This document shows positions 48,459 through 60,430 of a stretch of DNA of 64,000 nucleotides, piece after piece. The position numbers and the translations under genes are program-made. Within the stretch, counting starts at the first letter, position 1; every line of letters starts with the position of its first letter. The stretch spans positions 1 to 64,000 of the forward strand of contig MEDY01000017.1 in assembly GCA_001724265.1 (NCBI GenBank), read 5' to 3'. The notes beneath the pieces were generated by a model. The model did not search any database, was not told where the DNA came from, and was given only the letters and a program-made list of their open reading frames with translations. This stretch comes from Rhizaria sp. SCN 62-66. Its lineage: Eukaryota.

Positions 48459-49184
48459 TTACTTGCGGAAGGGGCTCGCGCCGTGGCCATGCGCCGCGGC
48501 ACCGGCGCCGCTCTGCGCGCGCGTCTCGTCGACGTTGCGGATGATCTTATCAAGCTTGTCGCTGTTAGGATTCTGCGCGATCGAGCCCGTGGAGAGCAGA
48601 CCAGGCTGGTTGGCGCCGAGGCCGCTGTCAGTGGACTTGACGATCTGGTGCGCCAGCGAGCGGTTGACCGTGGTGTCTGCGTAACCGTACGAGCCCTGGG
48701 TCTGGCGGGAAGGGGTCGCACCGCCCGCAGCAGTCACAGTGAACTTGCTGGGGCCCTGGGACTGCGCCTGCTTGACGCCGATGGTGGGGCCACGGAAGCC
48801 CTTGGTCTTGGCAAGGCCGCCGAGGGAGAAGATGCAGTCGCAGACGGAGACGAGGTTGTCGCCCTCGAAGAGATCCTGGGTGACGAAAACGTCAGTCTCC
48901 TTGAGGCCGTATTTCTTGCACGCTTCAAGGAAAGACACGATGTTCTCGCGCTGCATGAACGGCATCTTCATCATGTTGATCTTGCACGAGTTGGGGACGA
49001 TGGCGTTCATCGCCTTGCAGAGCGCAACGCCGTCCTTGAGAGCGGCCTGGAAGTCACCCTCAAGCTTGGTGCCGGCGAGGTCGCCGATCCACTTGAGCGC
49101 CTCGTTGGCGTCGGCCTGGTTCCAGCGGGCGGAGATGCGAGCCTGGATCTCGGTGTCGATGCCGTAGTTGAGCTTGGTAGCCAT
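48459..49184 (-). CDS. Calponin/transgelin-like single calponin-homology (CH) domain actin-binding protein, 241 aa
   Basis: EALKWI...DFQAALKDGVALCKAMN...MPFMQRENIVSFLEACKKYGL...VFVTQDLFEG.N..V..CI.SLG; ATG at 49184 in ACCATGG context; strongly biased codons. Ends in TAA. Confidence 0.92.
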   Translation of the reverse strand: MATKLNYGIDTEIQARISARWNQADANEALKWIGDLAGTKLEGDFQAALKDGVALCKAMNAIVPNSCKINMMKMPFMQRENIVSFLEACKKYGLKETDVFVTQDLFEGDNLVSVCDCIFSLGGLAKTKGFRGPTIGVKQAQSQGPSKFTVTAAGGATPSRQTQGSYGYADTTVNRSLAHQIVKSTDSGLGANQPGLLSTGSIAQNPNSDKLDKIIRNVDETRAQSGAGAAAHGHGASPFRK

Positions 49185-49996
49185 GGTTCTAATGGATGAG
49201 GGGAAATGAGAGATTGGCGGGCGAGGTGCATGGTTGTGAGGTGAGAGAGTTGAAGGAGAAAGCATTGATTACTGAGGCTGGTGATGAAAAGAGATTATTA
49301 ATGGGGTGAAAGGAAGGCGGCCACACAGGATTCAATGTCATGTATAGTAAGAGAACATGACCTGCAACGCAAATCTAACATCCGCATCGGGAAAACACGA
49401 AGGTTGCAAGACCCCGAGGCTGATTTCATAGTGAGAGAAAGCGATGTCTCTTTGAGCCTTGATGCCTCATTTTGAAGGAAGCATACAGCCTAACAGTGCG
49501 TTGTTTCTGAGAAACGACGTCGCATTTCATACACAAAATGCGCTTAAGAACCTTGTTAAAATGCAACTCTCCGGAGTGACGATCGAAAATACGTTTTTCA
49601 AGCGATGATTTGTTCGCTGGCATGCTGTCATCAGGCCAGCGCGCGCCCGCAGCCGGCGGCTGACTGCAGACCGAGCCAAAGACAGGCAAAGGAGACACTT
49701 CGTTGGATATCGTCATCAATACCGCAAGTGATAGAAAAAAACATAGGTTTTATGGAAGGAATAATCAATTTACAGAGAAATTACGTGGAAATATGTCTAA
49801 AAACAGTATGAACCAAACAGAAATGTGAAACTAGAGAACAGTTGAGCGGAAGTAATAGAGCTGACCAAGCGCCAATTGCGCGTCTCCGGCCTCTCCGGCC
49901 GTCGGAACGCGCCGCGAACCACGGGTTTCGCTCGCCGCCGCCTCTATTAGCGCGCGTTACACGCGTCACGCCGCAAGGAGCCGCGAAATGGCGGGT

Positions 49997-50716
49997 TTAG
50001 TACGGGCGGAATGGCGACTTAGCGCGGAAGGGCGAGGCGGGGTGCTCCTTGTTGAGCACACAGGCAGGTGACGGACAAGAGAAACCGCCAGCGCCAGAGC
50101 CAGCACCAGCACCGGCGCCGAAGCCGGACGGCAGCGGGAGCGCGAGCATGGGGTCGTAGCCCACGTGCGCGGCGCTACTGCTCGCAGAGTGGCCGATGCT
50201 GCCGTTGCCGCCGTGGTGGTGGTCGGGCTGCACCTTGCTGACCGCGGCGGCGGCGTAATCGTGCGCCAGCTGCGCCGCGTTCGTCCGGTATTCGCGCTGC
50301 AGCTCGCGCACGTGCGCCTCGCGCGCCTCAACCAGCTCCTTGCGCTTGAGCAGCTTCGCGCGGCGGCGGGCGGCACCGGCGACGTTAGCGCGCACGCCCT
50401 CAGAGTGTTGCGCGTTTTGCGCGAGCAGACCGGTGAAGGTGTCAGCGTCGCTGCGCATGCGTTCGTAGATCTTGCCCTTGGCAGCCTGGTACTTGCGCTC
50501 GAGCTCGGCCAGCTCGTCCTGGCGCGCGCGGCGGCACAGCTCGTTCTGCTCCGTCAGCGTGCGTTGGGCCTGTTCTAAGTCAGCGAGCTCTTTGCTCTGC
50601 GCGTGGCGCTGCTGGTCGAGAGCGGAGAGCTCGCCGTCGTACTTCTGCTTCAGCTGGAGGAGCTCCGCCAGCACGGAGTCAAACACGGCGTAAGGGGTGG
50701 GGGGCGCGGCAGACAT
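49997..50716 (-). CDS. Hypothetical coiled-coil protein, 239 aa
   Basis: GC-rich ORF from ATG 50716 (MSAAPPTP) with a long E/Q/K/L/R heptad helix. The upstream part of the track ORF is AT-rich and probably non-coding. Ends in TAA. Confidence 0.75.
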   Translation of the reverse strand: MSAAPPTPYAVFDSVLAELLQLKQKYDGELSALDQQRHAQSKELADLEQAQRTLTEQNELCRRARQDELAELERKYQAAKGKIYERMRSDADTFTGLLAQNAQHSEGVRANVAGAARRRAKLLKRKELVEAREAHVRELQREYRTNAAQLAHDYAAAAVSKVQPDHHHGGNGSIGHSASSSAAHVGYDPMLALPLPSGFGAGAGAGSGAGGFSCPSPACVLNKEHPASPFRAKSPFRPY

Positions 50717-52133
50717 CGGGGGATGCGCGGTTCTGGGGCAGCGAAACGGGGGTGGGAGAAGGAAGTGGTGAGGAGAGATCCTGGGGAGAAACCGGCACAT
50801 TTTAAAACGGATATTATGCAGGAATCTCGCATAATAAAGAGTTGTAATTAAAAAGAAATATGAAAAAATTATCCGATAAACTCTGCATTTAGTAAAGTCT
50901 AAACAGACGATGAGATTATGAAGATACAAGTCTTTCCGATTCACATCAAGGTGAAACGCTGGAGCCTGCTTTGGCACGCGGTGATAGCGAAGGCAACTTG
51001 GACCAGACATTTCACTGCACAACTATGTGGTAATCTGCGTCGATGACATTGTATCAAGGATGTGTAGCACAAAAAGTATGGCATTTGTTGCAGTGTACAT
51101 TATTTTAAGTGGTCATATTTGTATACCTGTAGAATACCCTCGATATACGCGATAAGTATATTACTAGTTTTCAAGACACTCCACCACCTAAGGGTGTCAA
51201 CAGAGAGCGGTCGACACATCATTGCTTCATTTCACTATACTGCATGCCACGTCACTTGGCGTCGCTTAAGCGCCATAGCCTCAGGTGCCGTGTGCGAGTG
51301 ATGGACAATTGGAGCAAGCACATGGCAGAACCACTGCTGGGATAAGCGAGGAGCGTAATTGCTACAAGTCAGTACAACAAGAGCAACAGCAGCAGCTGCG
51401 GGGAAAAATCCCGAGAAATCGTTGAAAACATACAAAGTACTGTCAAAACAGGCATCAGTACTATCAGTTCACCATATAAGTTACGAACTCCATGATGCTG
51501 GCCGATAGCGAAGCTCGCTTGGGAACAGTACAGCACGACAGCCAAGAATAACTGCAACGAAAAAAAGTCACTGACAGTGCTTGATTCACAACATGATTAA
51601 AAATTCGCTGGTGATAACCAGTCTATCGCGTTATTTACGTAGATTTCGTTGATAGTCTGACCCAACCTTGAGTAAGGAGCTATCACAGATACCATTGCGG
51701 GGTCGACACGGAGTATATACATTGATTTGGAAGATATAAGAGTAAGAAAATACGCATCGCGCCATCGAAAACATAAGAGTACCTATGCGGGATTAGCACG
51801 GTAACTTGATGTACATATCAACCCTGATAACTATAGCCACTGCTCTTCCAGCATGCGCCCAGTTGTTGAGCCTTGAGGCTTTCTTCGAGCATGAATATCT
51901 CTATTGAATGACCATCAGTGCCGACAAAAAGACGATTTCGAGATGGAAATGTATATAAATAGGATTATAGTTTTGCTAAATCTCACAAATTTGTTTTACA
52001 CTGTCTGTGGACAGCTTTTCGTTCCCGACTACTCGACTGCTCTTTCCTCCAGCAGCAGCGAGCACACTTCCCCACAACTTTTCAATCCCCCTTCGCCTTC
52101 CCTCACCAGCGCGTCTCTCCGCCCCTCGATCGC

Positions 52134-53099
52134 ATGGGTGGCTGCACCTCCCTCCCTGGCACCAGCGCTGCATGGGACCAGTACTTCGAGCGCTCAATGA
52201 CGTGCTCTCTCGCTGGCCTCACCCGCGTGACAGCGCAGTGGCAGAGCGACTGTGAGACCGGTCTCGGCCTCACATCCAGTCCTGAGGGCGTAGTCGCACT
52301 CGCCGCCGAGCTCCAGGCCGACTTCGCGCGCAACAACAACGCACTCGCCAAAACCATCTTCCGCGCGTACGACACGGACAAAGACGGTTACCTCTCTCCG
52401 TCTGACGTCTCCTCCCTCCTCCGCGACGCGCTCGAGCTCATGACGGCGCAGGGGGCCGCGTTTATCCACGGCTTCATCGCCAAGGCGCTGCGGCAGACGG
52501 CGGCCGCGCTCGGCACCGGCGCGGGCGCGGACGCCGCCATGGCGACCCTCCGCGCGCGTCTCGCCGTCGTCGAAGAAGAAGCACTCCAGCTCCACGCGGC
52601 GCAGATGCGCGAGCTCAACGCTGGCCACGTCGCGCTCGCGACCCGCCTCATCCTCGCCATCAACGCGTCCCCGGCTGCGGCGGGCGTCACGTCCCCGTCA
52701 TCCTCAGGGGCGGCGGGGGCGGGAGCTTCGTCGACGTTCGCCGCCGCGCGCGTGCCCCAGGTCGCCTTTCTCCCGGGTTTCCTCCCCGCGTTCGCGCGCG
52801 CGATGGACCCCGCGTTCGCGCCATTGGCTGCCGACGGGCTCTCAGTCGCCGTGCTGCCCGCCGCGGCGGCGATTAACGCGCACGCGCTTGCGTATGGCAT
52901 CAGCGCCAGCGACTGCACCGGCTCTCCCTCCGGCTCCGGCTCTGGCTCTGGCAGTGGCGTGACGGGCGGCTCGGGCTCTGGGTCAAGTTCGAGGCGGGTG
53001 TCGTCGGCGGATGCGGCGGAAAACGCGCCGCTGCCGCGCGGTCCTGGTCATAGCCGCAGGCCCAGCTCTGCGATGCTTGCCGCCGCACCGGTCAAGTGA
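52134..53099 (+). CDS. EF-hand protein with a predicted N-terminal acylation signal, 321 aa
   Basis: Starts MGGCTS (Gly2, Cys4, Ser6); EF-hand IFRAYDTDKDGYLSPSDVSSLL. Ends in TGA. Confidence 0.8.
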   Translation: MGGCTSLPGTSAAWDQYFERSMTCSLAGLTRVTAQWQSDCETGLGLTSSPEGVVALAAELQADFARNNNALAKTIFRAYDTDKDGYLSPSDVSSLLRDALELMTAQGAAFIHGFIAKALRQTAAALGTGAGADAAMATLRARLAVVEEEALQLHAAQMRELNAGHVALATRLILAINASPAAAGVTSPSSSGAAGAGASSTFAAARVPQVAFLPGFLPAFARAMDPAFAPLAADGLSVAVLPAAAAINAHALAYGISASDCTGSPSGSGSGSGSGVTGGSGSGSSSRRVSSADAAENAPLPRGPGHSRRPSSAMLAAAPVK

Positions 53100-53592
53100 C
53101 GGTCTCGTTTATCGACAGTTCTATTTTTTCGTAATAAGATAAGTCGCCGCCGGCTGGCCACGAGATCTGTTTTCGGTCGTGATATGCTTCTCGTGCACTG
53201 AGAAGAGGGAATGTTATCGATATGTGTGATTGTGAGCGACCGTGCTCGCACTACGGTTCAATGAGCTCTCATGGTCATATGCTTATGTGACTGATATTTA
53301 GTTGTCGGAATGTGTCATCGTATATGAAAGGAGTGAATCAGTGGTGTGAGGTCTTAATACACTTATTTATTCCCCTGAATGCAGATAAAGGGGAATGATT
53401 CCACACAGATAGTAATCCGAAATAAGATTATAAGCGAGAAACAAGTACAAAGCGTATTATCGAAATGACAACGATCAAGATATAAATAAAGATCTAATAA
53501 GTTAAAATGCGACATCACACTGCAAATGAATCCATCACTAAAACACGAGATTGAAATAGTCTGCGACTGCGACTGTGATCAAAACTTCACTT

Positions 53593-56500
53593 TTACTTCC
53601 TTGCGCCTGACTTGCGTCCAGCGACTACAGCAGCCTCGACCCTGGCGGCGGCAATAGCCACCTCGCGCGCCGAATGATAGTGCTCGACCCACGTGCGCTT
53701 AGCGTTCACACGCATCACCAGCGCGCCCGCCACACCGCGCAGCTCGGGCGTCTCAATCGGACGCGCTCCGACAGCGGCGCCGGCACCAGGGCGGGTCGAT
53801 CCCGCAGCAGTGGCCGTGGCGCCGGTGATGACGTCCAGCGTCGCGCGGTCCGCGGCGCACAACGCGGTTTCCATCTCGGCCGCGGGCGGAAGCGTGCGCT
53901 CAAGCAGCGCGACCATCTCCGCCTCGCTCACCGCGCTGCCCACGGCGACTTTTCCGGCCGGCACGCGCGCGGCGCGGGCGTGCGCGGGGGGAGGCGCGAT
54001 GCCGACTTGTGCTAGGACGGCCTCGGCCAGAGTCACGGGCACGCGCTCCGCCTCGAGCGCGCCCGGGGGCACGACGCGCGCGCTCACGGTGGCGCAAAGC
54101 GCGGAAACGGCGGGTGCGGCCTGGATGGGGCCCCAGAGTGCGATCGAGGACTCGAGCAGTACGAGCGCGGCGGCGGCAGCGGCGGTGTGGAGCTCGACTT
54201 GCGGCACTTCGAACTCGCTCTGAGCAGCGCCGCCTGATGATGCGGCAGCGCGAGAGGCGACTGATGCAGCGGCGGCGCGCGCGCGTGCGCTGTGCTGGGC
54301 CATCTCCCGCAGAGTGGAGAGACACAGCGCAAAGAGCGCAGCGGGGCCCTCGTGCTCATCCTGTGCCAGGCGCACAAGACGCGTCTGCAGCGTCAACACC
54401 TGCTGCTGCAGCTTCGTCGTCGCGGCGGCGCGCGCAGAAGCGGCCTGGGCATCGGTGATCGCGGCGGGCAGCGCGGCGGCCTCCGCGATCAGCCGCTGCA
54501 GGGAGACAGCCGCGGTGGCAGCGCTGTCACCGAGCACAGCGAGATGCTGTGGTGAGCCGACCTCGGTGGAGAGCAGATCCATCGCAGTCTTGCCCGCCTT
54601 GCGCGTCATAACAGCCGAGGGGGACTCGACCGGCAGTGGCGGCAACACAACCGCGTCGCCCGCAGTCGCCGCGTTGCGCTGCGGGGCCGCGGCGTGCAAG
54701 CGCGGAGTAAGCCACGCAAAACCAGTCTCTTCGGCGCGCGCGAGCGGCCCGCCAGCAGGCAGCAGCGCGGGGGCGTCGGTGGAGCCCGCGGCGGCGAGCG
54801 CGTGCGACACCTCCGCAAGCGAGAAAGTGACTGTGTCGGCGCCAGAGTCAGGGATCGCAAAGCCGTAGCGTGAGAGCAGGCCCGCGGAGTCGATCTGCTT
54901 CCACGCTGCCTCGGCCGTCGCAGCGGCCTCGGCGGCTTTGAGCATGCGCATCGCGTCAGCTTGCGTCATGCTCGGCGTCAACCCACCCTTCGGCACAGCG
55001 CTGGCGCTAGCGCCAGCATTAGCGCCGACACCGACGAGACCATTCGGTGCGAGGCCGCCGAGCTGTGGTGCCAAGTCCATGGCAGCGTACTGCGCTGCCT
55101 GTGCCTGCGCCTGCGCCTGTGCAAGCGCTGCAGACCCGCCCACAGCTTTCAGAGCCGCGGCCTGGGTGACGTCGCGCATACGCTTGGCCGCCGCGAGTCC
55201 GCCGGGGGCGGCCGTGGCGGAGTACGCGTCGCTGGCGCTGGGGTCGAGCAGGCGGCCGCCGAGCGAAGGGCGGCCGGCGGCAAGCGGGTGCGGGCGCGAC
55301 ATGTCCGCGGCAATGGCGCCGAGAACGTCGTCGTTTGACCGGAGACCGCCGCTGCCGTTCGCGGGCCGCGGCGCAGCCCAGGGCCACGCGTTGTCGGTCG
55401 CCGTCGGACCAGCAGCAGCAGTGGCCGCAGAGGGTTTGTGCAAGTCGGCCTCGGACAGGAGCACACGGCCTCCGACAGGTGAGCCAGAGGTGGCGGGGGC
55501 GGCGGAAGGGAACCATGCTGCGCCGTCAATATTCGTGGCTTCTTTGCCGTGGAACACGCGCGTCGGCACCGCAGTGGTCCCACCGGCGGCGGGTGAGTAG
55601 CTCTTGGACTGCCCCGCACTCGGCGCGCCGCCGCGGCCCTGGTCCGCCTTACGCTGCTGCTGTTCGCGGAGCTGCTGCTGGTCGGGCAGCGCACCGGCGT
55701 TGGCGTAGAACTGCTCCTGCTGCCGCGCGAACTCTGGGTCAGCACGCGCGGCGTCTTTACGTGCTTCGTCCTCTTCTTTGCGCGCCTTAAGCAGCTGCAC
55801 GCGCTCCGTCTCGCTCGCCTTCATCGGGAACATGATCGAGTTCTGCGGTGAGTCGACGCCCAGCTCAGCGTCCATGCCAGTGGGCCGCTCGACGACGGTG
55901 TAACCGAGCTCTTTGGCCAGCGTCTGCGAGTCAGGCACGTAGTTGGCCTCGCGGGTCAGGTGCTCGTCACTGCGCGTGTACTCATGTCCCGCGGCCGACT
56001 GGAAATAGCCACCACCAGCAACAGAAACAGGCGCGCGGGCACTGGGCGCAGGCTTAGCGCCGGCCACAGCGTCGGCCGGCAGACCGTACAGTTGCGCCAG
56101 GTCCTGCGCGGGGGTCGCAGAGAGCTTGAACTGGCCCTCACGGAACCGCTCAGGGCCGCCGACGTTTTCACCGGGGATGCCTGCGGCCAGGGATGCCGCG
56201 GTGACCGTCGGGGCGACGATATTGGCCGCGACGTCAGTGCCGGTCGGTTTCGCACCCCCATTGCCGTTGCCGTGGCCGGCGCCGTTGCTGGAGAAGGCGC
56301 GAGCGAGCAGTGCGGTGATCGCGGGCGCGCCCACAATAATAACAGCGGTCGGCGATGACGGCGAACGCGCCGCCACACGGACTGGGCGCGAGAGAGTCGA
56401 GAACGACGCACGCGGCGTGCCATCAGCTCCCGGAGGCTTGCCACTCCCACGACCGCCACTGGCGCCGCCGCCACGGGCCATGGGCTTGAACGGCGTAGGC

Positions 56501-59500
56501 CCCGTCGCAGCAGGAGAGGCAGGCGCAGCCGCAGTCGCCGAAGAGCTAACGGCATTGGCCTCTGTGACTGCAGCGGTGCGCGCCTGCTGTTGCGCCGGCG
56601 TGCGGTTGCCCTCGGGCACGAACACGCCCGCGGCCGTATTGCGGCCGGCGGCCTGCTGCGCCTCGTGCACCGACGCCTGCACCGCAGCACCGGCGCCAGC
56701 GCCAGTGCCAGCGGCGTCAGCGGCGGCGGCGTCGGCGGCGCGGCGTTCAGCCTCAACGCGCTGGAGAGCTAGCTCACGCGCGCGGTCCATCTGCGCGCCG
56801 GTCTCGCGGAGGATATCCTTGGCGCGGGCCACAGCGGCGGCACCGCGGAGGTGCGTACCGGTTTCCTCGCACGTGAGCTCGAGACCGAGTAAGTCAGCGA
56901 GGTCGAGTTTGCCGTCTGAAGCGGCAAGACGCGCGTTGATCGAGTCGGGGTCGAGCTCCTCGCCCTCGGCCACACTCGCGGCTAGCGCGCTGCCCGCCGC
57001 GGGGCCCGCGCTGCCGGTGAACGCCGCCGCCACGGCTGCGGGGTCGTAGTTGCCCGCCGCGTCGAGCGAGTCAAGCCGAGACTGGATCTCCTTAAGCGCG
57101 GCGCGTTCGCGGGCGAGCTCGGCGGCGACGATCTCGGCCGAACTGGGGCCCGCAGCGGCGGCGGCAGCGGCGGCGGCGGCCGCCGCGGCGGGGGCGACAT
57201 TGGCGACAGTACGCGCGGCGGCCGCGGCGGCAGCGCCGGTGGACTGCGGCGACACACCACCAGCCGCAGCGGCAGCTGTGGAGGCGGCGGCGAGATGAGT
57301 GTGCGCCGCGGCGCCGGTGGTGGCGGCAGCGACCACACCGTCTTCACCGGAGTGACCCTGCAACATGTGGTACGCGAGGCAGAGCTCCTCTCCAGCGGCG
57401 ATGGGCCGGAGCGCGCGGATCGTCGCCACCACGCGCACCGCGGGCGCGGCGCCCAGTGCGGCGGCGTCGGGGTCAGTGACGGCGGCACTGTCATCCTCGG
57501 AAGGGTCGATGGCTTCGACGGCGAAGCTGAGTCCGACGTTGTGCTCCGCGAGCGACGCCGCGTGATTCAGCATATCGACGTACGGCAGCAGCAGCGGTGT
57601 ACCAGCGGTGAGGGTCGCCACCCAGTCGCGGCTCACCGCGCCCGCGCCCGCAGCGGCGGAGATGATGTTGCCCTGCGCGTCGGTCAGCAGCGAGGACACG
57701 TCCGCGGCGTTGCCACCGGGCAGTGCGGCACCGGCGGGGTCGCTGGCGCCGCGGAGCAGGGCCAGCGCGGCCGCGGCAACGCGCTCTTCCTCAGGCGACA
57801 CAGCGTCCTCATCCTCTTCATCAATCGCATTCTCAGCATCAGACTCAGCCTTGTTCTCGGTCACTGTCGTCTCGGTCGCTGTGCCGTCGGTCGCAGTGGC
57901 GGTGGCGGCGCGGCGGCGGCGGAAGGCCTGTGCGTCTGCAACACCGCGCGCGACACGCCACGCGATCGTCTCATCCGCACGCGAGGCCGCCGCGGCGACA
58001 GCGGTGGCGCCTGCGGCAATGGCGCGCGACAGCACCGCGTCGACCGCGGCCTGTGCCAGCGGGACGGAGAGCCGCCCGGCCGCGGGAGACGCGGGGGACG
58101 CCAGCGTCCGCGCCAGCGCCACCGCGTCGGCGCCAGTAACAGCCGCGTTTGTGGCGGACAGCGAGAGCTTGGTCGCGGGAGATGCACCGAGCTCGGCCAA
58201 AGCGGCGGTCACGGCAGCGGCCTCGCTGCCGGCACGGGACCACTTGGCCTTGCCAGCTGGCGACATCGGCGACGGCCCGCTGCCTGTGGTTGCCGCGGCG
58301 GCGGCGGCGGCGGAGGCGGAGAGTGTGACCGCGGCGAGAGGCTGGCCTACGACGGCGGGGGCCGGTGCAAAAGCTGTGGAGGCCGCGAGTGCAAGGTTGT
58401 CACCCGCGGCGGACACGCGGCCGACGGCGCCTACGTGCAGCGACGACGACGGCTGTGCGGGAGCCTCGCCGGGCGCCGCGGTGACCGCAGTGGGCATCGA
58501 CGCTGAGTCAGCGGTAGTGGCGAGGGCGCCGGTGGTCGGGGGGAATGCGAGGGAGGCGAGTGGGATGTCCACATGCACTTCGACATCGCCGTTAGCATCA
58601 GCATCAGCAGCAGCAGCAGTGGTCGCAGCAGTCTCAGCTCTAAATCCGTTAGCAGCGGCAGCCGCGGCGGCGGAGACGGAGGCGTTCCGTGCGTGCGCGG
58701 CCGCGGTGGCCTGCGCGACTGCCGCGGCGGCCGAAGCCGGGGTGCGCGCAAGAGCGTTTGCCAGTGAAGCCGGGTCCACCGTGGCCTGAGGGTGGCGGAG
58801 GAGATCAAGAGCCAACGGGGACAGAGACCAGGACGTGGGGGCCGGGGCGGCGCGCGGCACGGCGAGGCGTGCCCACGCGGCGAGCCCGCGGGACTGCGTC
58901 GATTGGCGGGCGAGAGCAGGCGACGACGCGTGCGGCGACAGAGTTGCAGAGCTCGAGTCAGCAGTCGCAGTTGCAGTCGACGCGTGGGAGAGCGAGGGTG
59001 CGTCCGACTGGGCCGCGGCGTCGTCGGCATGGTATGTGTCGAGAATGGGGTGATGCGCGTCCCGCAGCAGCCAGTACACAGCGCTCGCGAGCGCGAGTGC
59101 GGGCGACAGAGCGCGCGACTGGCCCAACGGCGGCACTGGGACTAAGTCAGTGGCGGCACGGGAAAGCATCGCGGTGGTCGAGCGTTCGTGGGTGGCGCCG
59201 CGCCGGAGCAGTGTGGCGAGGTAGGCTTCGTCGGAGGTAGGGGCGAACCAGAGCGGGCGTGTGGGGGGCGCGATAGCGGCGGACAGAGGCAGTTGAAGTA
59301 ACACTTCGCCGCGCGCGCGGGGACGCAGCGAGACGAGGCCGCGGCGCGCAGCCCAGGGGGCCTATAATAGAATCAAAAGAAACACACACAAAAAAATAGG
59401 ATTAATAAGATGAATCATTCATGTGAGAACGTGCGCGATCCTATGCGCCTGATTGGAGTATAGTAGAGACCAAGAATAAGACTAAGTTTGATAGCGAACA

Positions 59501-60066
59501 AGACGAACCTTCATGATGTCAGCTTCATTATCTCCGAATAAAGCAACGCGAAGCCCTGCAGCTTGGACAACGCCCTCGGAAGCAATCCACGCGAGCATCT
59601 CGCGCACGCGCAGGTCGGTATCGACGATCTCCTGCACGCTGTCGGGCGCGGCGGTGACGGCTGCGTTCTCGTCACAAGCGCCCGCGACACTGCCGGGCGC
59701 GGGCACAGGTGTGGCGAGCTGCGCGTCCAGCGCGTCGAGGGACTGCTGCGAGGACCAGAGGGTATCGGCGGACGCGGTGACGGCGCATCGCTTGTCGAGG
59801 ATGGAGCGGACGAAGAGACCGCCGCTGGCGCCGCCGCCACCGATGCTCCGGGTGACGAGCTCAAGGCCGAACGGGAAGACATCGCGGTTGCGGTCAATCG
59901 CATCACGCAGTGAGAGCGAGGGCTGCGTAGAAAAATAAACAGCAGGGATGTGCCGATTTGTCATCGCCGTGCTCACTAAATGCACTGAGCTCGTCGCGGT
60001 AGACGCGATGGCGCGGGCGCTGCGCCGGGCGAGCGCACTAGTGCCGCGGGCGTGCAGGCGAAACAT
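53593..60066 (-). CDS. Giant SET-domain lysine methyltransferase (LSMT/SETD3/SETD6-like) with a mitochondrial-type presequence, ~2108 aa; exons 59509-60066, 53593-59361
   Basis: Intron GTTCGT..TAG 59362-59508 restores the SET-N motif RGLVSLRPRARGEVLLQLP; further motifs LLLPYVDMLNH, IRALRPIAAGEELCLAY, LLSRYGF. The N-terminus MFRLHARGTSALARRSARAIAST is Arg/Ser/Ala-rich with no acidic residues. Ends in TAA. Confidence 0.8.
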
Positions 60067-60430
60067 TTGATAGTGTCCACAACGAATGTCTGGTCGTAGA
60101 TAATAAAATCAAAGAAAAGCCCAAACACTAAAGAATCTGCCAACGATGTTAAATTGTTAACGACGATGGGGGTATCGCAGGAGTTAAATCGGCGCTCACG
60201 TCATCAAAGAGCCGCCGCTCCCACACTCCCCCAAGGTCCGCCACTGGACGTGAGCAAGCGGTAGTTGGAGAATTGGTTAAAACAGCACATTTCAGCGTAA
60301 AATAATATCTTAACGAGAGAACGACAGTGTTTTAAGAAAAATGTGTGTGTATTAATGTTATTTCAACGGCCCCTCACACCGTGGCCTTGTCATGCGTACT
60401 AAAATGAACTTGCTATAATAATAATCTCAC

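Noticed and set aside
51119-51557. Short hydrophobic ORFs in the AT-rich spacer
   Set aside because: Composition matches intergenic DNA, and there is no consistent exon structure or motif.
53369-53396. ATTCCCCT...AGGGGAAT inverted repeat between convergent genes
   Set aside because: An 8-bp stem can arise by chance, and intrinsic terminators are not expected in a eukaryotic nuclear locus.
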